Source of the DNA: Thermoplasmatota archaeon
GTDB taxonomy: Archaea > Thermoplasmatota > E2 > DHVEG-1
Reading direction: 5' to 3'
Assembly: GCA_030616985.1 (NCBI GenBank)
Contig: JAUWWG010000014.1
Span: forward strand, 1-24,000
Length of the DNA: 24,000 bases
The translations under genes were made by a program, and so were the position numbers. The notes below the pieces were generated by a model. It had not been told where the DNA came from and did no database searches. It saw nothing but the letters and a program-made list of their open reading frames with translations. Below, piece after piece: positions 1-9,368 of this stretch. Numbering within the stretch: the stretch's first letter is position 1; the number at the start of each line of letters is the position of its first letter.

Positions 1-1
1 A

Positions 2-151
2 GAAAGTCAAGAATTTACCTGCTCAAGTTCGTATCTATTCCCCGAAGATGTGGCATATTTCAACGATACTGGCATAAGTAGTGAAAGCAAAAAATTGAAA
101 GTTGTTACAAATAATGGCGTATCAGATTACTATGAATATGTAATTCAATAG
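2..151 (+). CDS. 3' end of an upstream archaellum-operon gene, cut by the window edge (possibly FlaF/ArlF)
   Basis: Frame 2 is open from the window edge to TAG at 149-151 (...KLKVVTNNGVSDYYEYVIQ*). It ends 28 nt before the next same-strand archaellum gene. Identity is inferred only from position in a flaF-flaG-flaH-flaI-flaJ type order. Confidence 0.35.
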   Translation, partial: ESQEFTCSSSYLFPEDVAYFNDTGISSESKKLKVVTNNGVSDYYEYVIQ

Positions 152-179
152 GTTGAGAAATATAAAAGAGTGATGAAAA

Positions 180-623
180 GTGGGATTTAGTTTAACAGGA
201 ACGCATGCAATATTCTTTATTGCATCTGTAATTGTAGCTGGCGCTGTTTCAGGCGTTTTCATGGCTGTAACAACAGATATTAGTACAAGCCTTTCAGATA
301 GAGGAAATAGATTGCAAGAACAATTGGACACAGAGTTTAAGATTATTAGCGATTCTAGTAACATTCCAATTTCGGGTAGTGATTACATATTTTACCTAAA
401 AAATACTGGTGGAAAAGTAATTGTAACAACAAATGAAACATTTCAAATATTTGTAGATGGAGATATTGTTACTACTGCAAATTATAATTTTTCAGATAGT
501 TCTATACAAGTTGAAGAAGTTACCAAAATATATGTTGCTACTAGCGAGATATCATCAGGATATCACAAATTGAGAATTGTTGGACCTCAGGCTATTGAGG
601 ATGAATTTGCATTTGAAATTTAA
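180..623 (+). CDS. flaG: Archaellum accessory protein of the FlaG/FlaF (ArlG/ArlF) family
   Basis: GTG start. The N-terminus MGFSLTGTHAIFFIASVIVAGAVSGVF is archaellin-like and hydrophobic, followed by a small soluble beta-rich domain. It lies directly upstream of flaH. The F versus G assignment is tentative and rests on euryarchaeal gene order. Confidence 0.6.
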   Translation: MGFSLTGTHAIFFIASVIVAGAVSGVFMAVTTDISTSLSDRGNRLQEQLDTEFKIISDSSNIPISGSDYIFYLKNTGGKVIVTTNETFQIFVDGDIVTTANYNFSDSSIQVEEVTKIYVATSEISSGYHKLRIVGPQAIEDEFAFEI

Positions 624-646
624 AAAAAAGGATGGGATAAAATCGT

Positions 647-1357
647 ATGCCTGCTAAATCTATAATATTGGAACGAAAAGGGGAAAAAGATGGTTTTGCT
701 CAAAGATTTGGAAAGGCCATACCAGATGGATCTCTGGTATTTATAGAGGGAAAAGAGGGGGCTGGAAAAAGTATTTTTTGCCAGAGATTTTGTTTCAGTT
801 TTTTGGTGAATGGACATACTTGCTCCTATATTTCTACACAATACACAATTAAAAGTTTTCTTAGACAGACAGCTTCTGTTGGGTATGATGCCAGGAAACA
901 TTTAATGAGAGGTAAGCTTTTTTTTATTTCTACTGAGGTGATGTTAGCAGAAACTCTACCTAAAGAAACGTTCCTTGAAGGTTTGACGACAACAGAAAAA
1001 CTTTTTGATCCTGAAATAATATTTATTGATTCTCTTTCTACTCTTTTGAACAAAAGTCTAAACATGGATAATTTAGTTGATCTCACTAGTTTTTTTAATC
1101 GTTTAACAGGTTCGGGTAAGATAATAATTGTGACGGGTAATCCCAACGAGTGGCCGGCAGAAGTTCATAATGCGTTTAAAATGATTTGTGATATTAATTT
1201 TAAGGTTACTCGTGAATCTATGCCAGGGATTGGTATAGTTCATAACATTTATCTTGAAAAGTTTAACGGTGCGCGTCATAGGTTTGAACCTTTGACTACG
1301 TTTTCTGTCAAACCTGGTACGGGGCTTGCAATTGAAACAAGTGGCGTGGCATTCTAA
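647..1357 (+). CDS. flaH: FlaH/ArlH, RecA/KaiC-like ATP-binding archaellum protein
   Basis: 236 aa with Walker A GKEGAGKS near the N-terminus and a KaiC/RecA-like layout. Canonical position between flaG and flaI. Confidence 0.85.
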   Translation: MPAKSIILERKGEKDGFAQRFGKAIPDGSLVFIEGKEGAGKSIFCQRFCFSFLVNGHTCSYISTQYTIKSFLRQTASVGYDARKHLMRGKLFFISTEVMLAETLPKETFLEGLTTTEKLFDPEIIFIDSLSTLLNKSLNMDNLVDLTSFFNRLTGSGKIIIVTGNPNEWPAEVHNAFKMICDINFKVTRESMPGIGIVHNIYLEKFNGARHRFEPLTTFSVKPGTGLAIETSGVAF

Positions 1358-1375
1358 AAAAGAAAGGTTAGAAAT

Positions 1376-3007
1376 ATGTCAAGGATGGGGAAAAATGAGG
1401 AAGAAGAACTGTTGCGAAATAATCCTCATCTTAAGAAATATCTTGAAAGTATTCAGAAGAAGATGGGCAGGCCAATTTTTTACAGTATGTTAACTGGGGA
1501 CGTCAAAGGAGAGAAATATCCTAATGTAATCTATCTTACAAAAGAAGTTGTTTTTATACACATCTATCGGACCGAAGATATGGACGATATATTATATCAT
1601 GCCATTGAACCCATATTAAATGAAGGGGAGGAGAAGAAGCGCGATGAGCTCCTTGAGTTCATGTATGAAAGAGCCCATCTTAGAATAAATATTAAAACCC
1701 AAAATGAACTGAGAAAAGCCATCGAAGAGGTTTTAGATGAAATTACTATTGTAGACGAAAAATCCGCTGGCAAATTAGGAAAATCAAAGGGGGGAAAGGT
1801 AAGAGTTACTTCCATCGAAAAAGCAAATATTAAATATGATATTACTAAGAATATTGTCGGTGGTGGCCCTCTTGAGCCCTTTATGAGAGACCCCAATATT
1901 GAAGATATTCATATCATAACTGGGCAAAATGTTCATCTTATCCATAAGACTTTTGATATGGTGGAAACAAATATCGATATCAATAAAAAATGGGCCTCTA
2001 CATTTTCCCAAGATTTCGCCGAGAAGATTGGTAGTCCAGTGAGTGATGGGCAACCTATTGCTGACGGTACATTACCTGATGGAAGCAGAGTTAATATCAT
2101 ACATAGCAAGGATGTAAGTCTAAAAGGACCTACAATGACTGTCAGAAAATTTAGTGAAACACCCATTAGTATAACACAGATTGTGAATTGGGGAACACTT
2201 AGCTCTGGAATCGCTGCATACCTATGGCTTTGTCTACAGTACGGTAGAAGTATATTCGTTTGTGGTGAAACAGCATCAGGTAAAACAACTACGGCAAATG
2301 CAATGTTTGTTTTTATTCCGCCTGAAAAAAAAATCTATTCTGTCGAAAATACGCCTGAGGTACAGGTGCCTCATGCTGTATGGCAACAGCTACTTACAAG
2401 ATCAACGGGACCTAAAGAGGGACATGTCGATGAAGGAGATCTTTTAAGAGCAGGGCTTAGATCCAGACCAGATTATATTATTCCTGGAGAGACTAGAGGA
2501 ATAGAAGGAAGAGTCGTATTTCAAGCCATGCAAACAGGACATCCAGTTGTAACAACGTTTCATGCAGGATCTGTCACAAAAGTAATACAGCGTTTTACGG
2601 GACATCCCATTAACATACCTAAGACGTTTATGGATAATCTAGACGTTGTATTAATACAGATGGCTGTAGAACGGAAGGGAAAAAGATTAAGACGAGTTCT
2701 ATCCATAGATGAGATAGAGGGATATAATAAAGAGGTAGATGGCATAATGTCCCGTACAGCATTTCAATGGAATGCTACTGATGATACTCATATATTCAAG
2801 GCAAATAGAAACAGTTTTACTTTGGAGCAGAGGATAGCAAAAATGGCGGGATTTGAAGATCCGACTATGATATATGCTGAATTTGACCGGCGAAAACATA
2901 TTATTGAACGGATGGTAGAGGAAAAAATATTTGATTATTACGAGGTTGTTCAATTTATTTGGACGTATTATCGAGAGGGGGAAAAAGGATTGCCCATATC
3001 GATATAG
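1376..3007 (+). CDS. flaI: FlaI/ArlI archaellum motor/assembly ATPase (VirB11/TadA-type secretion ATPase), copy 1
   Basis: 543 aa. Walker A GETASGKTT, Walker B/Asp-box RPDYIIPGETRG, His-box TTFHAG, and conserved C-terminus YYEVVQFIWTYYREGEKGLP. Confidence 0.92.
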   Translation: MSRMGKNEEEELLRNNPHLKKYLESIQKKMGRPIFYSMLTGDVKGEKYPNVIYLTKEVVFIHIYRTEDMDDILYHAIEPILNEGEEKKRDELLEFMYERAHLRINIKTQNELRKAIEEVLDEITIVDEKSAGKLGKSKGGKVRVTSIEKANIKYDITKNIVGGGPLEPFMRDPNIEDIHIITGQNVHLIHKTFDMVETNIDINKKWASTFSQDFAEKIGSPVSDGQPIADGTLPDGSRVNIIHSKDVSLKGPTMTVRKFSETPISITQIVNWGTLSSGIAAYLWLCLQYGRSIFVCGETASGKTTTANAMFVFIPPEKKIYSVENTPEVQVPHAVWQQLLTRSTGPKEGHVDEGDLLRAGLRSRPDYIIPGETRGIEGRVVFQAMQTGHPVVTTFHAGSVTKVIQRFTGHPINIPKTFMDNLDVVLIQMAVERKGKRLRRVLSIDEIEGYNKEVDGIMSRTAFQWNATDDTHIFKANRNSFTLEQRIAKMAGFEDPTMIYAEFDRRKHIIERMVEEKIFDYYEVVQFIWTYYREGEKGLPISI

Positions 3008-3128
3008 AGAATTGGAGAAAATTAGATCGCGGCGATGTAATTAGGAAAGGGGGAACATACTGACGCATAAAATGGATTGTAAGTTAGAACGAAAAGATGC
3101 AACCGACATATACGTCAGGAGATAGAAT

Positions 3129-4784
3129 ATGGAAAAAATGGAAGAGGATAAAGTAGAACAACTCCTTAAAAAACACCCACACCTGCAAAAATATGTTGAG
3201 AATGTAAAAAAGAAAATGGGTGAACCTGCATTTTATTCGATGTTACCCATGGAGCTGAAAGAAGAGACTGAACCTAATTTAATATATTCTACCCGCGGCT
3301 CTGTTTTTATACACATATATAAAACAAGGAGCATGGAAGAGATAGAATACCATGCCATCGAACCGGTGTTGGATGAAGCGGAAAAGGAAAAACACGACAG
3401 GTTACTAAAATTGATAATAAAAAAGGCACCTGAGAAGAAGAGTGTCATAGAGGATGATGAACTAAAAGAAATCTTCAAAGAACTTATAGATGAGATTATT
3501 GAGATCGATGAAAGAGCAGGCGATATAAAACCTGAAAAGAAAGGGAAAAAAGGAAAAATTGGTAAGAAAGACAAGGTTAAAGCTACTACCATCCAGAAAA
3601 ACAACATCGAATATTTTTTAATTAAAAACATGATAGGTGGTGGCCCTATTGAATGTTTCATGAGAGATCCTTATCTAGAGGATATCCACATTGTAGCCGG
3701 AGAGAAAATTCATCTTATCCATAAGATTTTTAAGATGATTAAAACCAATGTTGAAATCAATAAGGACGATGCGCCTCTATTTACACGAAAATTGAGCGAA
3801 AAAATGGGCGTCCCTGTAAGTGAAGGGCGACCCATTGTCGATGGAGTATTGCCAGACGGAAGCAGAGGGAATATTATCTACAGTTCTGCTATTAGTAAAA
3901 AAGGGCCAAGCATGACCATTAGACGGTTTAATGAAACTCCCATTAGTATAGCACAGCTTATAAAATGGGGAACCCTCAGTTCTGGAATTGCTGCATATTT
4001 ATGGATTTGTTTACAATATGGCCGTAGTTTTTTCCTCTGTGGGGGAACAGCATGTGGTAAAACAGCTACGATGAACGCATTAATTCCTTTTATACCTCCT
4101 GAAAAGAAAATTTATACTACTGAAGGTACTCCTGAGTTGCAGGTGCCACATACTGTGTGGCAACGGTTACTTACAAAGACAAGTGGGCCAAAGGAAGGGC
4201 AAGTGGACATGTTTGATCTTCTAAGGGCTGCGTTAAGGTCTAGACCAGATTATATCATACCGGGGGAGGTTAGAGGTGCAGAGGGGAACATTGTGTTTCA
4301 GGCTATGCAGACAGGACATCCATGTATGACAACATTTCACGCAGGTAATATCACAAAGGTTATACAGAGATTTACTGGAGAACCGATTAATGTACCAAAA
4401 ACGTTTATGGACAACCTTGACTTTGTGGTGATACAACTGCTTATAGAACAAGATGGAAAATCAATGCGAAGGGTGACTTCCATAGATGAGATTGAGGGAT
4501 ACAACAGGGCGGTAGACGGCATAATGTCAAGAACTGCTTTTGAATGGAATGCCATAGAGGATGAACATATTTTCAAGGCAAACAGAAACAGTTTTATTTT
4601 AGAGGAAAAAATAGCACGTAATGCCGGGTATACAGATCCATCTGAGATTTATGACGAATATGATCTTAGGAAACACATCCTTGAAAGAATGGTTGAGGAA
4701 AATATAATGGACTATTATGAGGTAGTTCAGTTTATTTGGACTTATTATCGAGAAGGCGAGAAGGGATTACCTATAACGATATAG
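3129..4784 (+). CDS. flaI: FlaI/ArlI paralog, copy 2 (tandem duplicate)
   Basis: 551 aa and collinear with copy 1 along its whole length. Walker A GGTACGKTA, Walker B RPDYIIPGEVRG, His-box TTFHAG. The N-terminal about 200 aa are more diverged and include a Lys-rich insert PEKKGKKGKIGKKDKVK. Confidence 0.9.
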   Translation: MEKMEEDKVEQLLKKHPHLQKYVENVKKKMGEPAFYSMLPMELKEETEPNLIYSTRGSVFIHIYKTRSMEEIEYHAIEPVLDEAEKEKHDRLLKLIIKKAPEKKSVIEDDELKEIFKELIDEIIEIDERAGDIKPEKKGKKGKIGKKDKVKATTIQKNNIEYFLIKNMIGGGPIECFMRDPYLEDIHIVAGEKIHLIHKIFKMIKTNVEINKDDAPLFTRKLSEKMGVPVSEGRPIVDGVLPDGSRGNIIYSSAISKKGPSMTIRRFNETPISIAQLIKWGTLSSGIAAYLWICLQYGRSFFLCGGTACGKTATMNALIPFIPPEKKIYTTEGTPELQVPHTVWQRLLTKTSGPKEGQVDMFDLLRAALRSRPDYIIPGEVRGAEGNIVFQAMQTGHPCMTTFHAGNITKVIQRFTGEPINVPKTFMDNLDFVVIQLLIEQDGKSMRRVTSIDEIEGYNRAVDGIMSRTAFEWNAIEDEHIFKANRNSFILEEKIARNAGYTDPSEIYDEYDLRKHILERMVEENIMDYYEVVQFIWTYYREGEKGLPITI

Positions 4785-4794
4785 TGAGAAGAGC

Positions 4795-6573
4795 ATGGCA
4801 GAGGAGAAGAAAAAGAAAAAATCTAAGAAAAATTCCCAAAAAAAAGATAAAGAGAAAAAACAAGGTTTTGTTAAACAACTTAAAATTGCCTACAGGACTC
4901 TTGAAGATCCTAAGAAATTTTACAAGACAATCCTACTTCCATTGGTTGTAGTAGGAGTACTAGTTTTTTTAATGCCTTTTATCCTAGAAATAGCTGTTCC
5001 AGTACCTTTGAATTTTAATCCCATTACATTTATTGTTGGCGGAATAGTTCCAATATTTCTGGGAATTTATTATCCATTTATAAGATGGAAAAACAAGGAA
5101 GCAGATATCAATGGGAAAATGCATTTTTTTATAACTCATCTTCGAGTTTTAGCCATCTCAGATCTTTCCTTAAGAGACATAATTAACATACTTGGTGGCA
5201 AACCAGTGTACGGTAGTTTGGGAGAGGAAATGAAAAAAATTAGTGCCCTTTCTACACAATGGCGTGTTCCTCTTGCCAAAAGTTTCCAATTTATATCAGT
5301 CAGAACACCAAGCAAAATACTCAAGGATTTTTTAGATCGTTTTTCACAGAGCCTTAGTAGTGGTGTGGAGCATAGAGAATTCATAGAAACAGAGCAAAAA
5401 GCTGTTCTACAAGAATACAAGACAATGTACGAGACAAGCAATGAAAACATAACGATTTTAAATGAAGTATATGTAAGCTTGCTTATCGCTATTATTTTTG
5501 TGATGTCTCTTGGGATAGTTCTACCATTCATAATGGGTGCAGAGAGCATGAACACATTTGTTTATCTTTCATCGTTTTTGCTTATAATGTCCGAAGGGAT
5601 GTTGCTTTATCTCCTAAAATCCATGGTTCCACCCGACGAAATATGGCATCGGACTGGTGAAAAGGGTGAATTAGAAGAAACTATTGGCAAGGTATTCAAG
5701 TCATCTGTTTTAATGTGTATATTACTTGGATCCATCCTATTTTTTGCAAAATATGGGCTATCTGTCCCCCTCTTGAACATGGTTCCATTTGAGATCATTT
5801 TTGCTATATCAATTACTCCTTTAATTATCACGGGGATCAAAGTATTCACTGAGGAGGGGGACATTTCGAGAAAAGAGATGAATTTTCTAGGGTTTTTACC
5901 AGCTCTTGGCTCTATTTCCTCGATGAGGGGAGGAAAGATAAACGAATCAATATACTACCTAAGTGAAAAGGATTATGGAGTTTTATCAAGGCACATCAAA
6001 AATCTTTACAGGAGATTGAGAACAAGAATCAACGATGATGAATCATGGGAATGGTTTGGTGTGGATACCGGTAGTAACTATATTCAACGATCAAGTGAAA
6101 TGTTTAGAGAGGCCACATATGCAGCGGCAAATCCACGTAAGGCTTCAAGAATGATAGCCGAGAATATTAGAAAAATCAGGGACTTGCGTATTAAAAAAAT
6201 GGCGATTGTAAATACTTCTACTGCACTTTTTGCTGGCGTTACTTTTGGCATATCTTTTGCCGTTTATGTTTCACTTGTTATAAGTGAGCATTTGAATAAT
6301 ATAATGATGGGGATTGGCGATCCTTTCACAGGCATAGGGCAGATAGATGTGGGGTCACTACTCATAACTGTTCCCCCTGGGACATACACAAATCTTTCTA
6401 TTATAATATTTACCGTCTTTATAATACACTCATTTATAATAGCGTTTACTATTAAAACATTGAGAGGTAGCCACAATTTAATTGTATTACTTTATTTTGT
6501 TCCACTTGTGTGGATTGTAGCTGTCACTTGTGCAGTAGTGGAGCTGGGATTAAGTGGATATCTAGTAGTATAA
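4795..6573 (+). CDS. flaJ: FlaJ/ArlJ polytopic membrane platform protein (TadC/GspF-like)
   Basis: 592 aa, starting 10 nt after flaI copy 2. Multiple hydrophobic helices are separated by two soluble loops, as expected for FlaJ. It has an unusual polybasic N-terminus, MAEEKKKKKSKKNSQKKDKEKKQ. Confidence 0.85.
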   Translation: MAEEKKKKKSKKNSQKKDKEKKQGFVKQLKIAYRTLEDPKKFYKTILLPLVVVGVLVFLMPFILEIAVPVPLNFNPITFIVGGIVPIFLGIYYPFIRWKNKEADINGKMHFFITHLRVLAISDLSLRDIINILGGKPVYGSLGEEMKKISALSTQWRVPLAKSFQFISVRTPSKILKDFLDRFSQSLSSGVEHREFIETEQKAVLQEYKTMYETSNENITILNEVYVSLLIAIIFVMSLGIVLPFIMGAESMNTFVYLSSFLLIMSEGMLLYLLKSMVPPDEIWHRTGEKGELEETIGKVFKSSVLMCILLGSILFFAKYGLSVPLLNMVPFEIIFAISITPLIITGIKVFTEEGDISRKEMNFLGFLPALGSISSMRGGKINESIYYLSEKDYGVLSRHIKNLYRRLRTRINDDESWEWFGVDTGSNYIQRSSEMFREATYAAANPRKASRMIAENIRKIRDLRIKKMAIVNTSTALFAGVTFGISFAVYVSLVISEHLNNIMMGIGDPFTGIGQIDVGSLLITVPPGTYTNLSIIIFTVFIIHSFIIAFTIKTLRGSHNLIVLLYFVPLVWIVAVTCAVVELGLSGYLVV

Positions 6574-6719
6574 CAGCAATCTCGCAATCATACATAAAGT
6601 CAACTAGCATCAAAAGAGATGCACGGAGAACGGTTCTGGAGAGATAAAATTAGTACATGTTTCACTTGAAGAGGAAATCTCTAAATCAAAGACGATTAGC
6701 ATGGATTTACAGGGCATTG

Positions 6720-6738
6720 AAAAAAAAATCTTTTTTTT
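6720..6738. terminator. Bidirectional A9-TC-T8 palindrome between the convergent flaJ and archaellin genes
   Basis: The sequence aaaaaaaaatctttttttt gives an oligo-T tract on both strands. It sits in the 207-nt convergent intergenic region. Oligo-T tracts are the usual archaeal termination signal. Confidence 0.45.
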
Positions 6739-6780
6739 GGAAAATAAAACACACAACGACAGTTATACAATGTTATTTTT

Positions 6781-7455
6781 TTATGGTTGCAAATCTATGA
6801 TGGTGTTAATATATGCACTAGGCGTAGTGAAACTTATTATTCCACTGATGCCATATTCTGGTATCACATCCCCAAATATTTCGGTGCGTGTGGATATACC
6901 TGAGAAACATTTGGATGTGTTTACTAATAATACAATCAAGTCTTCATCATTTATTGTTAAAGTAGTAGATGAACATGAACCATCAATATCTCTAATCACC
7001 ATAATACCATAGGTAGTAGAAGTAAGATTACTAGCGTTTAAAGTGTTGAACAAACCATTTGAGATACTGCTACTAAAACAACTGCTGTTACATGATAATA
7101 TAACATGACTTGTTGTATCAGAGAATGATATATCCGCGTAGGTCATATTAATGTCACCAGAACCGGCTAATGGAACAAGGAATATAGCAATTTGAGTAAT
7201 TTTTGATCCATTGTTGTAACCAGTCACATGGGTTACTTTTAATCCGCCAGATATATCTCTAACTGTTTCTTCACTTGTTTTCATTGCCTGCTGCTGAAGA
7301 CTATTCATGGTTTGAATCATGACAGAGGCAGTTACACCAGCTACAAGAATCATCGCTATAAAGATTATCATCGAGCCTATGCCCATTGAGGCTTTTTTAT
7401 TACCTAACAACCCACCCATTGAGATTCTAACTCTTTTCACCTCCCCACACCACAA
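6781..7455 (-). CDS. flaB: Archaellin (FlaB-type), divergent paralog 1
   Basis: Class III signal peptide plus hydrophobic N-terminus ...NKKASMGIGSMIIFIAMILVAGVTASVMIQT, and a conserved DGSC...IN..D core. The central domain differs from the other four copies. The true start is probably an internal GTG/ATG just after GGAGGTGA, not the track start. Confidence 0.85.
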   Translation of the reverse strand: MWCGEVKRVRISMGGLLGNKKASMGIGSMIIFIAMILVAGVTASVMIQTMNSLQQQAMKTSEETVRDISGGLKVTHVTGYNNGSKITQIAIFLVPLAGSGDINMTYADISFSDTTSHVILSCNSSCFSSSISNGLFNTLNASNLTSTTYGIMVIRDIDGSCSSTTLTINDEDLIVLLVNTSKCFSGISTRTEIFGDVIPEYGISGIISFTTPSAYINTIIDLQP

Positions 7456-7689
7456 GCTTCAGACACTTGAAGGAGCATCCTACGTTACATAAAGTAACAA
7501 AGTCGAGAATAAAAAAGTATGGTTTCTAAAGATCAAGCAGCGCATATAACGTTTCATATTATATCAACAATATATTTAGTAAACTCACCTCTGTACATTA
7601 GCTTATACTTGCAAAAAGTATACATGGTCCTGAAATTTGACATGAGTTAGGTCAAACAAAGGCTCAAAACTTGCCAAGTACGTTACATT

Positions 7690-8370
7690 CTATTGCAAAT
7701 CATATATGTTGTTGCTGTATGATGATGGCGTTATAAATGATATTACACCGGGCGATCCTTGCTCGGGACAAACAATTCCCCAAATGTCTGTTCGCCCATT
7801 GATGCCACCAGTAGCGCTAAATGACTGAGTTGTATCGATGCATAAGAGTACTTTGTCCCCTCTATTTATAACTGGATTAGTTTCTGTACAGGAACCATCG
7901 GCATCTTCAAGTACCAGGATACCAAAACGGTTCGCAGCCACTGGAAAACAAGCCACACCAAATACATCGTCTACACCTATACCGCTGTCGTTCCAATTAT
8001 TGCTACCCGCTGTGTCATACGTCATTATAACTTTGTAATCTGTATTGGCGAGTTCGATAAACACTTGCCCAAGATCGATATCAGCAGATCCTGCCCGTGG
8101 ACGCACAGTGATAGTCATGTTATCTATGTTGCCACTATCAGGCACATATCCCTTGATATCAAAAACTGAAATACCCGTAGAAACTTCTTCTGTGGTTTCC
8201 TGTCCTGCCCTCATTGCCTGTTGTTCCATACTATTCATGGTTTGAATAATGACAGAAGCAGCTATTCCGGCTACAAGAACCATTGCTATAAAGATTACCA
8301 TTGAGCCTATGCCAATAGAAGCGTTTTTATTAACTACCATCTCCCCCATTGAGATTTTAACCATTCTCAC
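7690..8370 (-). CDS. flaB: Archaellin paralog 2
   Basis: N-terminus NKNASIGIGSMVIFIAMVLVAGIAASVIIQT with GGGAGGTGA as ribosome-binding site. The C-terminal about 170 aa are near-identical to paralog 3. The likely start is ATG at 8364. Confidence 0.9.
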   Translation of the reverse strand: MRMVKISMGEMVVNKNASIGIGSMVIFIAMVLVAGIAASVIIQTMNSMEQQAMRAGQETTEEVSTGISVFDIKGYVPDSGNIDNMTITVRPRAGSADIDLGQVFIELANTDYKVIMTYDTAGSNNWNDSGIGVDDVFGVACFPVAANRFGILVLEDADGSCTETNPVINRGDKVLLCIDTTQSFSATGGINGRTDIWGIVCPEQGSPGVISFITPSSYSNNIYDLQ

Positions 8371-8599
8371 CTCCCTATATTACATGCTTCAGACACTCAA
8401 AATAGAGTCCACCTCACATACAAGATAACAAAGCCAAGAATAAAAAATTATGGTTTATAAAGACCAAACAACATCCACTATGTTTTATATGTGTCAATCG
8501 AAAAGAGCCGTATATTCTAGAAAAATTATTTAAAAAGAACAGACAAAAGGAGAAATAGAAAAAATTTACTAGAAAAAAATTTAAATCGGTAAAATCAAA

Positions 8600-8643
8600 T
8601 AGGATTTTAAAAAATAATAGGGATTGTGTGGTTTTCCACACAA
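8600..8643 (-). terminator. Hairpin plus T-tract terminator downstream of archaellin paralog 3
   Basis: Perfect palindrome ttgtgtgg-tttt-ccacacaa at 8624-8643, 30 nt past the stop at 8673. On the - strand it is followed by TCCCTATTATTTTTTAAAA. Confidence 0.5.
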
Positions 8644-8672
8644 ACCATCTTGTTTATCTCTTCAAATTCGTT

Positions 8673-9344
8673 TTACTGCAGATCATATATGTTGTCACTG
8701 TATGAGGCTGGTGTTGTAAAGGATATTACACCGGGCGATCCTTGCTCGGGGCAAACCATTCCCCAAATGTCTGTTCGTTCGTTGATACCACTAGTTGCAT
8801 TGAATGATTGAGTCGTATCAACGCATAATAGTACCTTGTCTCCTCTGTTTATAACAGGATTGGTTTCTGTACAGGAACCATCGGCATCTTCGAGTACCAG
8901 GATACCAAAACGATTCGCAGCCACTGGAAAACAAGCCACACCAAATACATCGTCTACACCTGTACCACTGTCGTTCCAATTATTGCTACCCGCTGTGTCA
9001 TACGTCATTATAACTTTGTAATCTGTATTAGAGAGTTCAAGAAACACTACAGCAAGATCGATATCAGCAGATCCTGCCCGTGGACGCACAGTGATAGTCA
9101 TGTTATCTATGTTGCCATTATCAGGCACATATCCCTTGATATCAAAAACTGCGATACCTGTGGAAACTTCTTCTGTGGTTTCCTGTCCTGTTCTCATCGC
9201 CTGGGATTCTAGTTTCGTACTTGTCTGAATCAAAACTGAGGCAGCAATACCTGCAACCAAAACCATGGCAATAAAAACAATCATCGCGCCGATACCAATG
9301 GATCCTACATCCTTCTTCCTTAACATTTTACAAATTTTTCTCAT
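8673..9344 (-). CDS. flaB: Archaellin paralog 3 (mosaic: 5' module of paralog 4, 3' module of paralog 2)
   Basis: N-terminus MRKICKMLRKKDVGSIGIGAMIVFIAMVLVAGIAASVLIQTSTKLESQAMR is identical to paralog 4. From GQETTEEVSTGI onward it nearly matches paralog 2. Confidence 0.9.
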   Translation of the reverse strand: MRKICKMLRKKDVGSIGIGAMIVFIAMVLVAGIAASVLIQTSTKLESQAMRTGQETTEEVSTGIAVFDIKGYVPDNGNIDNMTITVRPRAGSADIDLAVVFLELSNTDYKVIMTYDTAGSNNWNDSGTGVDDVFGVACFPVAANRFGILVLEDADGSCTETNPVINRGDKVLLCVDTTQSFNATSGINERTDIWGMVCPEQGSPGVISFTTPASYSDNIYDLQ

Positions 9345-9368
9345 CGTTTATCATCCTCCTCACTGTAA
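9192..9368 (-). repeat. About 170-bp near-identical 5' module shared by archaellin paralogs 3, 4 and 5
   Basis: The other copies lie at about 9882-10058 and 10549-10700. The 9192-9368 and 9882-10058 copies also share the preceding junction catcgtttatcatcctcctcactgta (stop of the upstream gene, AGGAGG ribosome-binding site, start). Only a few scattered synonymous differences were seen. Confidence 0.8.

Noticed and set aside
826-6476. Numerous 60-140 aa - strand track ORFs inside flaH, flaI, flaI copy 2 and flaJ (for example 826..1146, 1597..1896, 3233..3661, 4337..4576, 5136..5555, 5607..5864).
   Set aside because: They lie wholly antisense to, or out of frame within, long motif-bearing genes. 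Their peptides are low-complexity and Ser/Ile/Phe-rich. They are shadow ORFs typical of AT-rich DNA.
8414-8641. 75-aa - strand ORF in the spacer between archaellin paralogs 3 and 2.
   Set aside because: It spans the promoter and 5' leader region of paralog 2 and the terminator hairpin of paralog 3. The peptide is a Phe/Leu/Asn-rich translation of AT-rich DNA with no ribosome-binding site.
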